Below, piece by piece: positions 27,549 through 37,342 of a DNA stretch of 53,929 nt. The translations under genes were made by a program, and so were the position numbers. The DNA is from Nocardioidaceae bacterium (lineage in GTDB: Bacteria; Actinomycetota; Actinomycetes; Propionibacteriales; Nocardioidaceae), in NCBI GenBank assembly GCA_033850795.1, contig JAWWPF010000032.1, positions 1-53,929 on the forward strand. The letters are read 5' to 3'. The notes under the pieces were generated by a model. It made no database searches. It was not told the origin of the DNA and saw only the letters and a program-made list of their open reading frames with translations. The first letter of the stretch is position 1. Each line of letters starts with the position of its first letter.

Positions 27549-28876
27549 GCGACGGCTCGGCGGCGCTGTTCGAGCGCGCGAAGGCGGTGACCCCGGGCGG
27601 GGTCAACTCCCCGGTGCGCGCGTTCAACGCGGTGGGCGGCACCCCGCGGTTCATCGAGCGGGCGCAGGGGCCGTACCTCTTCGACGTCGACGGCACCGAG
27701 TACGTCGACCTGGTCGGCAGCTGGGGCCCGATGCTGCTCGGGCACGCCCACCCCGAGGTGCTCGACGCCGTGCGCGCCGCAGTCGCGAGGGGCACGTCGT
27801 ACGGCACCCCGACCAGGCCGGAGGTCGAGCTCGCCGAGGCGATCGTCCGCCGTACGCCCGTCGAGAAGGTGCGGCTGGTGTCCTCGGGGACCGAGGCCAC
27901 CATGTCGGCGATCCGGCTGGCGCGCGGGTTCACCGGCCGCGACCTGGTGGTGAAGTTCGCCGGCTGCTACCACGGCCACGTCGACTCGCTGCTGGCGCAG
28001 GCCGGCTCGGGGCTCGTGACGCTCGGTGTCCCCGGCACACCGGGTGTCCCGGCGGCCTCGACGGCCGCCACCCTGGTGCTGCCCTACAACGACCCGGCGG
28101 CGGTCCGGGCCGCCTTCGCCGAGGTCGGTGACCGGATCGCCTGCCTGATCACCGAGGCCGCGCCCGGCAACATGGGCGTCGTCCCGCCGGCTCCCGGTTT
28201 CAACCGGCTGCTCTCCGAGCTCTGCACCGAGCACGGTGCCCTCTTCATCAGCGACGAGGTGACGACCGGCTTCCGGGTCACCCGGTCGGGCCACCACGGC
28301 CTCGACGGAGCCGTCGAGGGCTGGACCCCTGACCTGCTCACCTTCGGCAAGGTCATGGGTGGCGGCTTCCCGGCGGCCGCGTTCGGTGGGCGCGCCGACG
28401 TGATGTCGATGCTCTCCCCGGAGGGGCCGGTCTACCAGGCGGGCACCTTGTCGGGGAACCCGGTCGCGACGACGGCCGGCCTGGCCACGCTGCGGCTGGC
28501 CACCGCGGAGGTCTACGCCTGCCTGGACCGGGCCGCCGAGCAGGTGCGGGTAGCCGCCTCGGCCGCGCTCGCCAAGGCAGGTGTGCCGCACGTCGTGCAG
28601 AACGTCGGGAACATGTTCAGCGTGTTCTTCACCGACGAGGGCGTCGAGACGGTTCCGGACTTCGCCGCAGCGAGCGCCCAGCACGTCGACCGGTTCAAGG
28701 CCTTCTTCCACACGATGCTGGACCAGGGTGTCTACCTGCCGCCGAGCGCCTTCGAGGTCTGGTTCCTCTCCGCGGCCCACGACGACCGGGCCCTGGACCG
28801 GATCGTCTCGGCCCTGCCCGCAGCGGCCGACGCCGCCGCCGCGGTCGACCCCGGCCGGACGGGCGGGACCCGATGA
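27545..28876 (+). CDS. hemL: Glutamate-1-semialdehyde 2,1-aminomutase
   Basis: [42 protein letters not shown]. Confidence 0.97.
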   Translation: MSDGSAALFERAKAVTPGGVNSPVRAFNAVGGTPRFIERAQGPYLFDVDGTEYVDLVGSWGPMLLGHAHPEVLDAVRAAVARGTSYGTPTRPEVELAEAIVRRTPVEKVRLVSSGTEATMSAIRLARGFTGRDLVVKFAGCYHGHVDSLLAQAGSGLVTLGVPGTPGVPAASTAATLVLPYNDPAAVRAAFAEVGDRIACLITEAAPGNMGVVPPAPGFNRLLSELCTEHGALFISDEVTTGFRVTRSGHHGLDGAVEGWTPDLLTFGKVMGGGFPAAAFGGRADVMSMLSPEGPVYQAGTLSGNPVATTAGLATLRLATAEVYACLDRAAEQVRVAASAALAKAGVPHVVQNVGNMFSVFFTDEGVETVPDFAAASAQHVDRFKAFFHTMLDQGVYLPPSAFEVWFLSAAHDDRALDRIVSALPAAADAAAAVDPGRTGGTR

Positions 28877-29562
28877 GCGAGCGCACCACGGTGCACCTGC
28901 TGCGGCACGGTGAGGTGCACAACCCGACCGGGATCCTCTACGGCCGCCTGCCGGGCTACCACCTCTCCGAGCTCGGCCAGCAGATGGCCCGGCGGATCGC
29001 CGCCGCGGTGGGCGACCGGGACATCATCCGGGTGGTGGCCTCCCCGCTGGAGCGCGCCCAGGAGACGGCCCGGCCCCTGGCGCTGGCCAGGGGCGTCGAG
29101 ATCGTCACCGACCCGCGGGTCATCGAGTCCGGCAACGTCTTCGAGGGCAAGCGGTTCAGCCTCGGCGACAGCATCCTGAAGCGGCCCGACACCTGGCCGC
29201 GGCTGTGGAACCCGTTCCGGCCGTCCTGGGGGGAGCCCTACAAGGCCGTGGTCGCCCGGATGATGGCCGCCGTGCACGCGGCCCGGGAGGACGCCCGCGG
29301 TCACGAGGTCGTCGTCGTCTCCCACCAGCTGCCGATCTGGATCACCCGGCTGCACGTCGAGCACCGGCCCTTCCTGCACAACCCCCGCAACCGTCAGTGC
29401 ACGCTGTGCAGCCTGACCTCGCTGGTCTTCGAGGGCGACCGGCTCACCACCGTCCGCTACTCCGAGCCGGCCGCCGACCTGATCCCGGTCAAGGACCGCA
29501 GGAAGGCCTTCTCCTCGGGCACCGGTCCGGCCGCCCCGACCGGTGGGACGCGCCCGTCGTGA
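28873..29562 (+). CDS. Histidine phosphatase family protein (Rv0525-like)
   Basis: [19 protein letters not shown]. Confidence 0.9.
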   Translation: MSERTTVHLLRHGEVHNPTGILYGRLPGYHLSELGQQMARRIAAAVGDRDIIRVVASPLERAQETARPLALARGVEIVTDPRVIESGNVFEGKRFSLGDSILKRPDTWPRLWNPFRPSWGEPYKAVVARMMAAVHAAREDARGHEVVVVSHQLPIWITRLHVEHRPFLHNPRNRQCTLCSLTSLVFEGDRLTTVRYSEPAADLIPVKDRRKAFSSGTGPAAPTGGTRPS

Positions 29563-29569
29563 CGCTGCC

Positions 29570-30187
29570 GTGACACGCTCACCGGCCGTGGGCCGCGGCC
29601 GCACCGGGGTGACGCCTCGGTTGGCCGCGGGGCTGGCCGCCGTCCTGGGCGCCGGGGTGCTGTCCGGCTGCTCCCACAACGTCGGGTCCTCCGGCGACCA
29701 GGGGTTCGTCGCAGGCAACGGCGTCATCACCACGCTCGCGGTCGCCGACCGCAAGCGGCCCGGCGTCGTCTCCGGCACCACCCTCGAGGGGCGGCGGGCC
29801 GCGCTCGGCGCGTACCGCGGCAAGGTCGTGGTGGTCAACGTATGGGGCTCGTGGTGCCCGCCCTGCCGGGCCGAGGCCCCGATGCTGGCGGCGGCCGCCC
29901 GGGACCTCGCCAAGCGCGGCGTGGCGTTCCTCGGCATCGACTCGCGGAACCCCGAGCGGGCCGGTCCGCTGGCGTTCCAGCGTCGCTACCGGATCCCCTA
30001 CGCGTCGATCTACGACCCGGACGGCCGCTCGCTGCTCGCCTTCCACGGCACCCTGTCACCCAGCTCGATCCCGAGCACCGTGGTCATCGACCGCCAGGGC
30101 CGGGTCGCCGCCAGCGTGATCGGGCAGGTGTCCCGCACCACGCTCTACGACCTCGTCCAGGACGTCTCCGGTGGAGGCCCGGCATGA
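29570..30187 (+). CDS. TlpA/ResA-like thiol-disulfide oxidoreductase lipoprotein (CcsX)
   Basis: Lipobox LSGC, WGSWCPPC, IPST. Confidence 0.92.
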   Translation: MTRSPAVGRGRTGVTPRLAAGLAAVLGAGVLSGCSHNVGSSGDQGFVAGNGVITTLAVADRKRPGVVSGTTLEGRRAALGAYRGKVVVVNVWGSWCPPCRAEAPMLAAAARDLAKRGVAFLGIDSRNPERAGPLAFQRRYRIPYASIYDPDGRSLLAFHGTLSPSSIPSTVVIDRQGRVAASVIGQVSRTTLYDLVQDVSGGGPA

Positions 30188-30945
30188 CGCTCCTCGACGT
30201 CGGTGGCTGGTTCCAGGAGACCGTCCTCACGGGGTCCCTGCTGCTCGCCGTGCCCGTCGCGCTCGTCGCCGGCCTGGTCTCGTTCTTCTCGCCCTGCGTG
30301 GTCCCGCTGCTCCCCGGCTACCTGTCCTACGCGACCGGGCTGTCGGGGGTCGACCTCGAGCAGGCGCGCCGCGGTCGGATGCTGCTCGGCAGCTTCCTGT
30401 TCGTGCTCGGCTTCTCGTTCGTGTTCATCGCCTACGGCGCGCTCTTCGGCTCCCTCGGGAACTGGCTGATCGACTACCGCAGCCAGATCAGCTTCGTGCT
30501 CGGCCTCTTCACCATCCTCGTCGGCGTCGCGTTCGTCGGGCTGGTCCCGGTCCTGCAGCGGGACCTGCGGGTCCATCGGGTGCCGGCCGTGGGCCTCGCC
30601 GCGGCGCCCCTGCTCGGCGTGCTGTTCGCCGTCGGCTGGACCCCGTGCATCGGCCCCACGCTGTCGGCGGTGCAGGCGCTGGCGGTCAACGAGGGCACGG
30701 CCGCGCGTGGCGCCACCCTCAGCCTCGCGTACTCGCTCGGCCTCGGGATCCCGTTCCTGGTCGCCGGTCTGGCCTTCCGGCGCTCCCTGGGCGCCATCCG
30801 GTGGGTGCGCCGCCACCAGGCCTGGGTCACCCGGCTCGGCGGGGCGATGCTGATCGTCGTGGGCCTGCTGCTGGTGACCGGGCTCTGGGACCGGTGGGTC
30901 GTCGACCTGCAGTCCTGGATCGGCGGGTTCGAGGCGCCGGTATGA
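30184..30945 (+). CDS. ccdA: Cytochrome c biogenesis protein CcdA
   Basis: AGLVSFFSPCVVPLLPGY and GWTPCIGP. Confidence 0.95.
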   Translation: MTLLDVGGWFQETVLTGSLLLAVPVALVAGLVSFFSPCVVPLLPGYLSYATGLSGVDLEQARRGRMLLGSFLFVLGFSFVFIAYGALFGSLGNWLIDYRSQISFVLGLFTILVGVAFVGLVPVLQRDLRVHRVPAVGLAAAPLLGVLFAVGWTPCIGPTLSAVQALAVNEGTAARGATLSLAYSLGLGIPFLVAGLAFRRSLGAIRWVRRHQAWVTRLGGAMLIVVGLLLVTGLWDRWVVDLQSWIGGFEAPV

Positions 30946-32618
30946 GCACTTCCCGCACCGCCACCAGCCGGCCCGACACCGACGCCGGAGGGTCGGCCAC
31001 GGCGCCGCCCACCCCGCCATCGGCCCCGCCCGCCCTGGGCCCCGTCGAGCTGTCCCGGTGGGCGTGGCGACAGCTCACCTCGATGCGTACGGCGCTCGTG
31101 CTGCTGTTCCTGCTGGCGCTGGGGGCGGTCCCCGGGTCCGTCATACCGCAGCAGAACATCGACTCCGTCAAGGTCGCCCAGTGGCAGGAGGCGCACCCGG
31201 CCCTGACCCCGGTCTACGAGAGGCTCGGCCTGTTCGCGGTCTACGGGTCCCCGTGGTTCGCCGCGATCTACATCCTGCTGATGGTCTCGCTGGTCGGCTG
31301 CGTCGTCCCCCGGCTGCGGGTCTACTGGCGCGCGGCGCGGGCCCGGCCGCCGCAGGTGCCCCGGCACCTGTCCCGGCTCCCGGAGTCCCGCACCTTCGAG
31401 GTCGCGGACCCGGACCCCGAGGCCGTGCTGGCGCGGGCGACCGCCGTCCTCCGCCGCCGCCGCTACCGGCTGGCCGTGCATCCCGGCGCCGTCTCCGCCG
31501 AGAAGGGCTACCTCAGGGAGGCCGGGAACCTGCTCTTCCACTTCTCGGTCCTCGTGGCGCTCGTCGGCTTCGCCGCGGGACAGCTGTTCGGCTACAAGGG
31601 CGGGGTCATCACGATCGTCGGGCAGGGATTCTCCAACACCCTCAGCCAGTACGACGACTTCGCCCCGGGGCGGCTGTTCAACTCCGACGACCTGTCCCCG
31701 TTGAGCTTCACCGTCGACGACTTCCACGTGAAGTGGCTCACCAGCGGACCGGCGATGGGCCAGCCGTCCTCCTTCGACGCGAACATCACCTACCGCACCG
31801 CGCCCGGCGCAGCGCCCCGGCACCACGACCTCGCGGTCAACCACCCGCTCGCGGCCGGCGGCGCCAACGTCTTCCTGGTCGGCCACGGGTACGCCCCGGT
31901 GGTCACCGTCAAGGACGGGAAGGGGAACGTCGCCTACCGGGGGCCGGCCGTCTTCCTTCCCCAGGACAGCACGTTCGCCTCCTTCGGGGTGATCAAGGTC
32001 CCCGACGCCGTACCCCAGCAGCTCGGGTTCGAGGGGTTGTTCCTCCCGACGTACGGGTTCACCGTGGCCCGCGGTCCCTTCTCCCAGTTCCCGGACGCCC
32101 TGCGCCCGGTGCTGTCGCTGGTCCCCTACCACGGGAACCTCGGCCTCGACGGCGGTCGGCCGCAGTCGGTCTACTCGCTGGACAAGAAGGGGCTGAAGAC
32201 CTACCCGAGCTCGGACCCGTCCCTCGGCCCGGTCAAGCGGCTCAAGCTCGAGGAGGGCCAGACCGTCCGGCTCCCCGACGGGCAGGGGTCGATCCGGTTC
32301 GACGGCGTCCAGCGGTGGGTCAAGCTCCAGGTCAGCCACAGCCCCGGCAAGGGAATCGCGCTCGGTGGCGTGCTGCTGGGGATCCTCGGCCTCATGGGGT
32401 CGCTGTTCATCCGGCCGCGGCGGGCCTGGGTCCGGGTGTCCCAGGCGCCCGTCGGCCCGGGCGACCCTCGGCGTACCGTGGTGGAGCTGGGCGGGCTCGA
32501 CCGGAGCTCCGGTGGCGACCTGTCCGGCGAGGTCGAGGAGCTGGAGCGGCTGATCACGGCCTCGTCCGGTCCATCCGGGACCTCAGACACCACGCCCACA
32601 CCGGAGGAGCACGCGTGA
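30942..32618 (+). CDS. resB: Cytochrome c biogenesis protein ResB/Ccs1
   Basis: LTSMRTAL, GSVIPQ, YGSPWF, GNLLFH, VNHPL. Confidence 0.93.
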   Translation: MSTSRTATSRPDTDAGGSATAPPTPPSAPPALGPVELSRWAWRQLTSMRTALVLLFLLALGAVPGSVIPQQNIDSVKVAQWQEAHPALTPVYERLGLFAVYGSPWFAAIYILLMVSLVGCVVPRLRVYWRAARARPPQVPRHLSRLPESRTFEVADPDPEAVLARATAVLRRRRYRLAVHPGAVSAEKGYLREAGNLLFHFSVLVALVGFAAGQLFGYKGGVITIVGQGFSNTLSQYDDFAPGRLFNSDDLSPLSFTVDDFHVKWLTSGPAMGQPSSFDANITYRTAPGAAPRHHDLAVNHPLAAGGANVFLVGHGYAPVVTVKDGKGNVAYRGPAVFLPQDSTFASFGVIKVPDAVPQQLGFEGLFLPTYGFTVARGPFSQFPDALRPVLSLVPYHGNLGLDGGRPQSVYSLDKKGLKTYPSSDPSLGPVKRLKLEEGQTVRLPDGQGSIRFDGVQRWVKLQVSHSPGKGIALGGVLLGILGLMGSLFIRPRRAWVRVSQAPVGPGDPRRTVVELGGLDRSSGGDLSGEVEELERLITASSGPSGTSDTTPTPEEHA

Positions 32619-33649
32619 GCACCGCGGACTTCGCGACCTTCAGCGACAACGCCGTCATGTTCGCCTCGATCGTCTACGCGCTGGCGTTCCTGGCGCACCT
32701 GACGGAGTGGGTCCTGATCCGCTCCCTGCCCGCGCCCCAGACGACGGCAGAGATGGCGGCACAGACGACGGCACAGGCTGTCGTACGTGACGCCGTCCCG
32801 GTCGGTGGGCCGGCGGCCGGACCCACGGAACCTGCGGTCCCCGTCGCGGACCCGGCTTCGGGCCGGGAGGAGGAGCAGGAGCTCCGGGTCGAGAAGTACG
32901 GCCGCATCGGCGTCGCGCTCACCGTGCTCGCCTGCGCGCTGCACCTGATGGCGCTGGTCTCGCGCGGCCTCGGGTCCGACCCGATCCGGGTGCCCTGGGG
33001 CAACATGTACGAGTTCACGCTCGCCGGCACCTTCGGCGTCAGCGTCATGTACCTCCTCCTGCTGAAGCGGTTCGAGCTGCGCTGGATGGGTGTGCTGGTG
33101 ACCGGCTTCCTGGTCGTCGTGCTGATGCTCGACGTGCTGGTCCTCTACCAGGACGCCGGGCCGCTGGTGCCCGCGCTGCACTCCTACTGGCTGGCCATCC
33201 ACGTCCTCGCGGCGGTGATCGCCTCGGGCGCGTTCTCCGTCGGCGCGCTGACACTGGTGCTCTTCCTGGCCAAGGACCGCGCGATCCGTCGGGGGACCCT
33301 GCGGCCCCGCGGCTACCTGAGCCGGCTGCCGGAGGCGCCGGTCCTCGAGCGGGTCGCCTACCGCATGCACGCGTTCGGGTTCCCCATCTGGACGTTCGCG
33401 GCCCTGGTCGCCGGTCCGATCTGGGCGGAGTACGCCTGGGGGAGCTACTGGAACTGGGACCCGAAGGAGGTCTGGGCCTTCATCACCTGGGTGATCTACG
33501 CCGCCTACCTGCACGCCCGCGCCACCGCGGGCTGGAAGGGCAAGGCCGCCTCGGTGATCGCGCTGGTCGGCTTCGCCTCGCTGCTGTTCAACTTCGTGGG
33601 GATCAACTACTTCTTCGGCGGCGGGAGCCTGCACTCCTACGCAGGCTGA
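32615..33649 (+). CDS. ccsA: Cytochrome c synthase, WWD-domain subunit (CcsA/ResC; also annotated CcsB)
   Basis: PWGNMYEF, LHSYWLAIHV, WAEYAWGSYWNWDPKE, YLH, LHSY. Confidence 0.96.
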   Translation: MSTADFATFSDNAVMFASIVYALAFLAHLTEWVLIRSLPAPQTTAEMAAQTTAQAVVRDAVPVGGPAAGPTEPAVPVADPASGREEEQELRVEKYGRIGVALTVLACALHLMALVSRGLGSDPIRVPWGNMYEFTLAGTFGVSVMYLLLLKRFELRWMGVLVTGFLVVVLMLDVLVLYQDAGPLVPALHSYWLAIHVLAAVIASGAFSVGALTLVLFLAKDRAIRRGTLRPRGYLSRLPEAPVLERVAYRMHAFGFPIWTFAALVAGPIWAEYAWGSYWNWDPKEVWAFITWVIYAAYLHARATAGWKGKAASVIALVGFASLLFNFVGINYFFGGGSLHSYAG

Positions 33650-33703
33650 GCCTCCGCGCCCGGCACGCCCGACCGCTCGCCGGTCCGTTCGCCAGGCCGG
33701 GCG

Positions 33704-33919
33704 TCAGTCGCCGTTCGGCTTGTCCTGGTCCCTTGGCCGGTTCCGGCGCTTCAGGTCTCGCAGGAAGTCCTCGTCGTCGTCGGGAGCGACGGTCCGGGGA
33801 GCCTGGCGGGAGGGGGTACGGCGCGGGGAAGGCACCGTGCCGCGGCGGCGCTCGATGAGCCAGAAGATCGTGTAGACGAGCGCCGCGAACACGATCACGA
33901 CCAGCAGGAACTTACCCAC
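33704..33919 (-). CDS. Small membrane protein with APDDD motif
   Basis: N-terminal TM segment, C-terminal VAPDDDEDFLRDL; leaderless-type TACGCT 6 nt upstream. Confidence 0.75.
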   Translation of the reverse strand: MGKFLLVVIVFAALVYTIFWLIERRRGTVPSPRRTPSRQAPRTVAPDDDEDFLRDLKRRNRPRDQDKPNGD

Positions 33920-33980
33920 GCCCCCAGCGTAGGCACCTCCGCAAGGGGAGGGGCGGTCGGGCGGCGACTAGGCTGAGCCC

Positions 33981-34247
33981 GTGAAGGAGTTCACGGTCTA
34001 CACGCTGGCGCGGATCGGGCTGTTCGTGGCGTCGTACGCCGTGGTGGCCGGCGTCTGGATGCTCCTCACCAGAGGTGACACGGTGCCGATCCTCGTCCCG
34101 TTCCTGCTCGCCGCGGCGATGTCCGCGGTCGCCTCCTACTACCTCCTGCAGGGCCCGCGGAGCCGGTTCGCGGCACGGGTCGAGAAGCGCGCCTCGGACA
34201 TGAGCCGCCGCTTCGAGGAGGTGCGGGCGAGAGAGGACCACGACTAG
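33981..34247 (+). CDS. DUF4229-like two-TM protein (Rv0531-like)
   Basis: YTLARIGLF...SYYLL..PRSRFA; syntenic position between ccs and menA. Confidence 0.82.
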   Translation: MKEFTVYTLARIGLFVASYAVVAGVWMLLTRGDTVPILVPFLLAAAMSAVASYYLLQGPRSRFAARVEKRASDMSRRFEEVRAREDHD

Positions 34248-35368
34248 TGCCGTCCGACGGCTGCTGCCGTGAGGAGCGCCGGGAGCGGGACCGGTCCTGG
34301 GTGAGCGAGGCGGTCCGCAAGGTCGAGGCGGACAGCAACCGGTCCGCAGACACCCACCTGCACGTGTTCCCGCTGCCCGAGACCTGGGACGTCGACCTCT
34401 ACCTCAAGGACGAGTCCGTCCACCCGACCGGGTCCCTGAAGCACCGGCTGGCGCGCTCGCTGTTCCTCTACGGCCTCTGCAACGGATGGATCGACGAGGG
34501 CACCACGGTGATCGAGGCGTCCTCCGGCTCCACCGCCGTGTCGGAGGCCTACTTCGCCCGGCTGCTCGGCCTGCCGTTCGTCGCGGTGATGCCGGCGTCC
34601 ACCTCCCCGGGCAAGATCGAGCTGATCGAGTTCCACGGAGGGCGCTGCCACCTGGTGCGCGACCCCCGGACGATGTACGACGAGGCGCGCCGCCTGGCCG
34701 CAGAGACCGGCGGCCACTACATGGACCAGTTCACCTTCGCCGAGCGCGCCACGGACTGGCGCGGCAACAACAACATCGCCGAGTCGATCTTCGCGCAGCT
34801 CTCCGCGGAACGGCATCCGGTGCCGGCGTGGGTGGTGGTCGGCGCGGGGACCGGCGGCACCTCGGCGACGATCGGCAGGTTCGTCCGCTACCGGCGCCAC
34901 GACACCCGGGTCTGCGTCGTGGACCCGGAGAACAGCGCGTTCTTCGACGGCTGGTCCACCTCGGACGTCTCCGTCACGGTGGCCGGCGCCGGGCGCGGGT
35001 CGCGGATCGAGGGGATCGGCCGGCCCCGCGTCGAGCCGTCGTTCGTGCCGTCGGTGGTCGACGCCATGATCTCGGTGCCCGACGGCGCGTCCATCGCGGC
35101 GATGCGCTGGTGCTCGCAGGTGACGGGGCGGCTGGTCGGTGGCTCGACGGGAACCGCGATGTGGGGAGCCCTGCGGCTGGTCGCCTCCATGCGCTCCTCG
35201 GGGACCGCCGGCAGTGTCGTGACGCTGCTGTGCGACGGCGGGGAGCGCTACGCGGGCACCTACTACGACGACGGCTGGCTGGCCGAGCAGGGCATCGACA
35301 TCACGCCGTACGCCGTGACGCTCGAGCGGTTCCACGAGACCGGGACCTGGTCCGAGCCGACCCGCTGA
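34247..35368 (+). CDS. cds1: PLP-dependent cysteine synthase family, Cds1-type L-cysteine desulfhydrase
   Basis: [24 protein letters not shown] (Ser where CysK has Asn), GAGTGGT, IEGIG, GGSTG. Confidence 0.8.
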   Translation: MPSDGCCREERRERDRSWVSEAVRKVEADSNRSADTHLHVFPLPETWDVDLYLKDESVHPTGSLKHRLARSLFLYGLCNGWIDEGTTVIEASSGSTAVSEAYFARLLGLPFVAVMPASTSPGKIELIEFHGGRCHLVRDPRTMYDEARRLAAETGGHYMDQFTFAERATDWRGNNNIAESIFAQLSAERHPVPAWVVVGAGTGGTSATIGRFVRYRRHDTRVCVVDPENSAFFDGWSTSDVSVTVAGAGRGSRIEGIGRPRVEPSFVPSVVDAMISVPDGASIAAMRWCSQVTGRLVGGSTGTAMWGALRLVASMRSSGTAGSVVTLLCDGGERYAGTYYDDGWLAEQGIDITPYAVTLERFHETGTWSEPTR

Positions 35369-35375
35369 CGGACCG

Positions 35376-36254
35376 TCACAGGGACGCGACGAGCAGCCCC
35401 AGGAGGACGCCAGCGGCCCAGAGGAGCTCGGCGAGCCCGGTGCGGGCCAGCACCGGGACCAGGTCCCGGCCGGTGACCCCGGCCAGCACCATCCGGGCGG
35501 CCGGGACGGCGGGGACTACGAAGGCGGCGCCGAGCAGCGCCAGCCGGCTGGTGGTCAGCACCAGCGCCACCAGGGCCACGGCCGCCGCCGCGACCAGCAG
35601 CACGTAGAGGTAGCGGCTGCGTTCCTCGCCCAGCACGACCGCGAGGGTCGCCTTCCCGGCGGCCCGGTCGGTGGGGATGTCACGCAGGTTGTTGGCCACC
35701 AGGATCCCGCAGGCCAGGACACCGACGCCGACCGCGGCGTACCAGGCCGGCAGCGGCAGCGACCGGGTCTGCACGTACGTCGTACCCAGCACCGCAACCA
35801 GCCCGAAGAACAGGAACACCATCACCTCGCCGAGAGCCCGGTAGCCGTAGGGCATCGAACCGCCGGTGTAGAACCAGGCCGCCAGGACGGCCAGCGCGCC
35901 GACCGGGACCAGCCACCACGAGGTCGTCGCCGCCAGGACCAGGCCGGCCACCACGGCCACGCCGAACGCCGCGAAGGCCGCCAGCCGCACGGACCGCGCG
36001 GAGGCGGCGCCCGACCCGACCAGCCGCAACGGCCCGACCCGGTCCGCGTCCGTGCCGCGGATCCCGTCGGAGTAGTCGTTCGCGTAGTTCACCCCGACCT
36101 GCAGGGCCAGCGCGACCACGAGCGCCAGCGCGGCCTTCCACCAGACAGCCCGGTCGACGTACGCTGCGACCCCGGTGCCGGCGAGCACCGGGGACACGGC
36201 CGCGGGGAGGGTGCGGGGGCGTGCGCCTTCCAGCCACTGCGCAGGGGTAGCCAT
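35376..36254 (-). CDS. menA: DHNA polyprenyltransferase
   Basis: ARPRTLP, NYANDYSDGIRGTD, NNLRDIPTD. Confidence 0.95.
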   Translation of the reverse strand: MATPAQWLEGARPRTLPAAVSPVLAGTGVAAYVDRAVWWKAALALVVALALQVGVNYANDYSDGIRGTDADRVGPLRLVGSGAASARSVRLAAFAAFGVAVVAGLVLAATTSWWLVPVGALAVLAAWFYTGGSMPYGYRALGEVMVFLFFGLVAVLGTTYVQTRSLPLPAWYAAVGVGVLACGILVANNLRDIPTDRAAGKATLAVVLGEERSRYLYVLLVAAAAVALVALVLTTSRLALLGAAFVVPAVPAARMVLAGVTGRDLVPVLARTGLAELLWAAGVLLGLLVASL

Positions 36255-36289
36255 GATGGGGGATTGTCGCAGGCATACGGTGTCACCTC

Positions 36290-37342
36290 GTGACCAGGCC
36301 GATCGCCCGCTCGACGACACCGGTGGGCGGCAGCCTGCGACCGGTGCAGGGGAGTCCGGCCGAGGTCCTGGCGCTGCTGCACGCGTGGGACCGCGCGGAC
36401 GACCCCGACCCGCTCCTGGTGGAGACCTCCGGGTCCACCGGGCAGCCGAAGCGGGTGGCGCTCTCCCGCTCCGCGATGCGCGCCTCCGCCGACGCGACCC
36501 ACGCCCGGCTCGGCGGTCCCGGGCAGTGGCTGCTGGGCCTCCCGCCCACCTACGTGGCCGGGCTCCAGGTGCTGTTCCGGTCCGTGCGGGGGGCCACGCA
36601 GCCGGTGGAGGAGATCTCCGCGATGACCGGTGAGCGCAGGTACCTCGCCGTCGTCCCGACCCAGCTGAACCGGATGCTCGCCTCGAGCCCTGCGGAGGCC
36701 CGCGGGTTCGACGCGATCCTGGTCGGCGGCGCCCGCCTGGACCCGGGCCTGCGGAGGCGTGCCGAGGACGAGGGCGTGCGGGTCGTGGCCACCTACGGGA
36801 TGAGCGAGACCTGCGGTGGCTGTGTCTACGACGGGGTCCCCCTCGACGGGGTTCGGGTCGCGGTCGGCGACGAGGGCCGGGTCCGGGTCGGCGGCGCCGT
36901 GCTCTTCGACGGGTACGACGGGGCGCCGGACCTCACCGCGGCGGCGAAGGTCGACGGCTGGTTCGTCACCCAGGACCGCGGCCGGGTGCTCGACGACGGC
37001 CGGCTCGAGGTGCTCGGCCGCGTCGACGACATGGTCGTCTCCGGCGGTGTCAACGTCCCCGCGCCTGCGGTCGCGGTCCGCCTCCGCGAGCATCCCGGGG
37101 TGCGCGAGGCCGAGGTCGTCGGCGTGCCCGACGACGAGTGGGGGCAGCAGGTGGTCGCGGTGGTGGCCGGCGAGGTCGGCCTGGCGGAGCTGCGGGACTG
37201 GATCGGCGAGCGGCACCCGCGGGCGTGGGCACCGCGCCGCGTCGTACCCGTGCCGGCACTGCCGCTGCTGCCCAACGGCAAGGTCGACCGGTTGGCCGTC
37301 GAGCGGCTGGCGGCGGGAGCGCCCGGCGGGGACGCGTCGTGA
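36290..37342 (+). CDS. menE: o-Succinylbenzoate-CoA ligase
   Basis: TSGSTGQPK, YGMSET, GRVDD, SGGVNV, LLPNGKVDR; short actinobacterial form. Confidence 0.9.
   Translation: MTRPIARSTTPVGGSLRPVQGSPAEVLALLHAWDRADDPDPLLVETSGSTGQPKRVALSRSAMRASADATHARLGGPGQWLLGLPPTYVAGLQVLFRSVRGATQPVEEISAMTGERRYLAVVPTQLNRMLASSPAEARGFDAILVGGARLDPGLRRRAEDEGVRVVATYGMSETCGGCVYDGVPLDGVRVAVGDEGRVRVGGAVLFDGYDGAPDLTAAAKVDGWFVTQDRGRVLDDGRLEVLGRVDDMVVSGGVNVPAPAVAVRLREHPGVREAEVVGVPDDEWGQQVVAVVAGEVGLAELRDWIGERHPRAWAPRRVVPVPALPLLPNGKVDRLAVERLAAGAPGGDAS

Noticed and set aside
28253-28275. HemL DEVT instead of DEVM; also ProC SGSGPGY and AcuC QDGCD
   Set aside because: These positions are not the catalytic residues and the key ones are intact. 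They are noted only as a reason to check read quality.
36290-37342. menE as a truncated pseudogene (350 aa)
   Set aside because: Short MenE proteins are normal in actinobacteria, and the core adenylation motifs including the A10 Lys are present.
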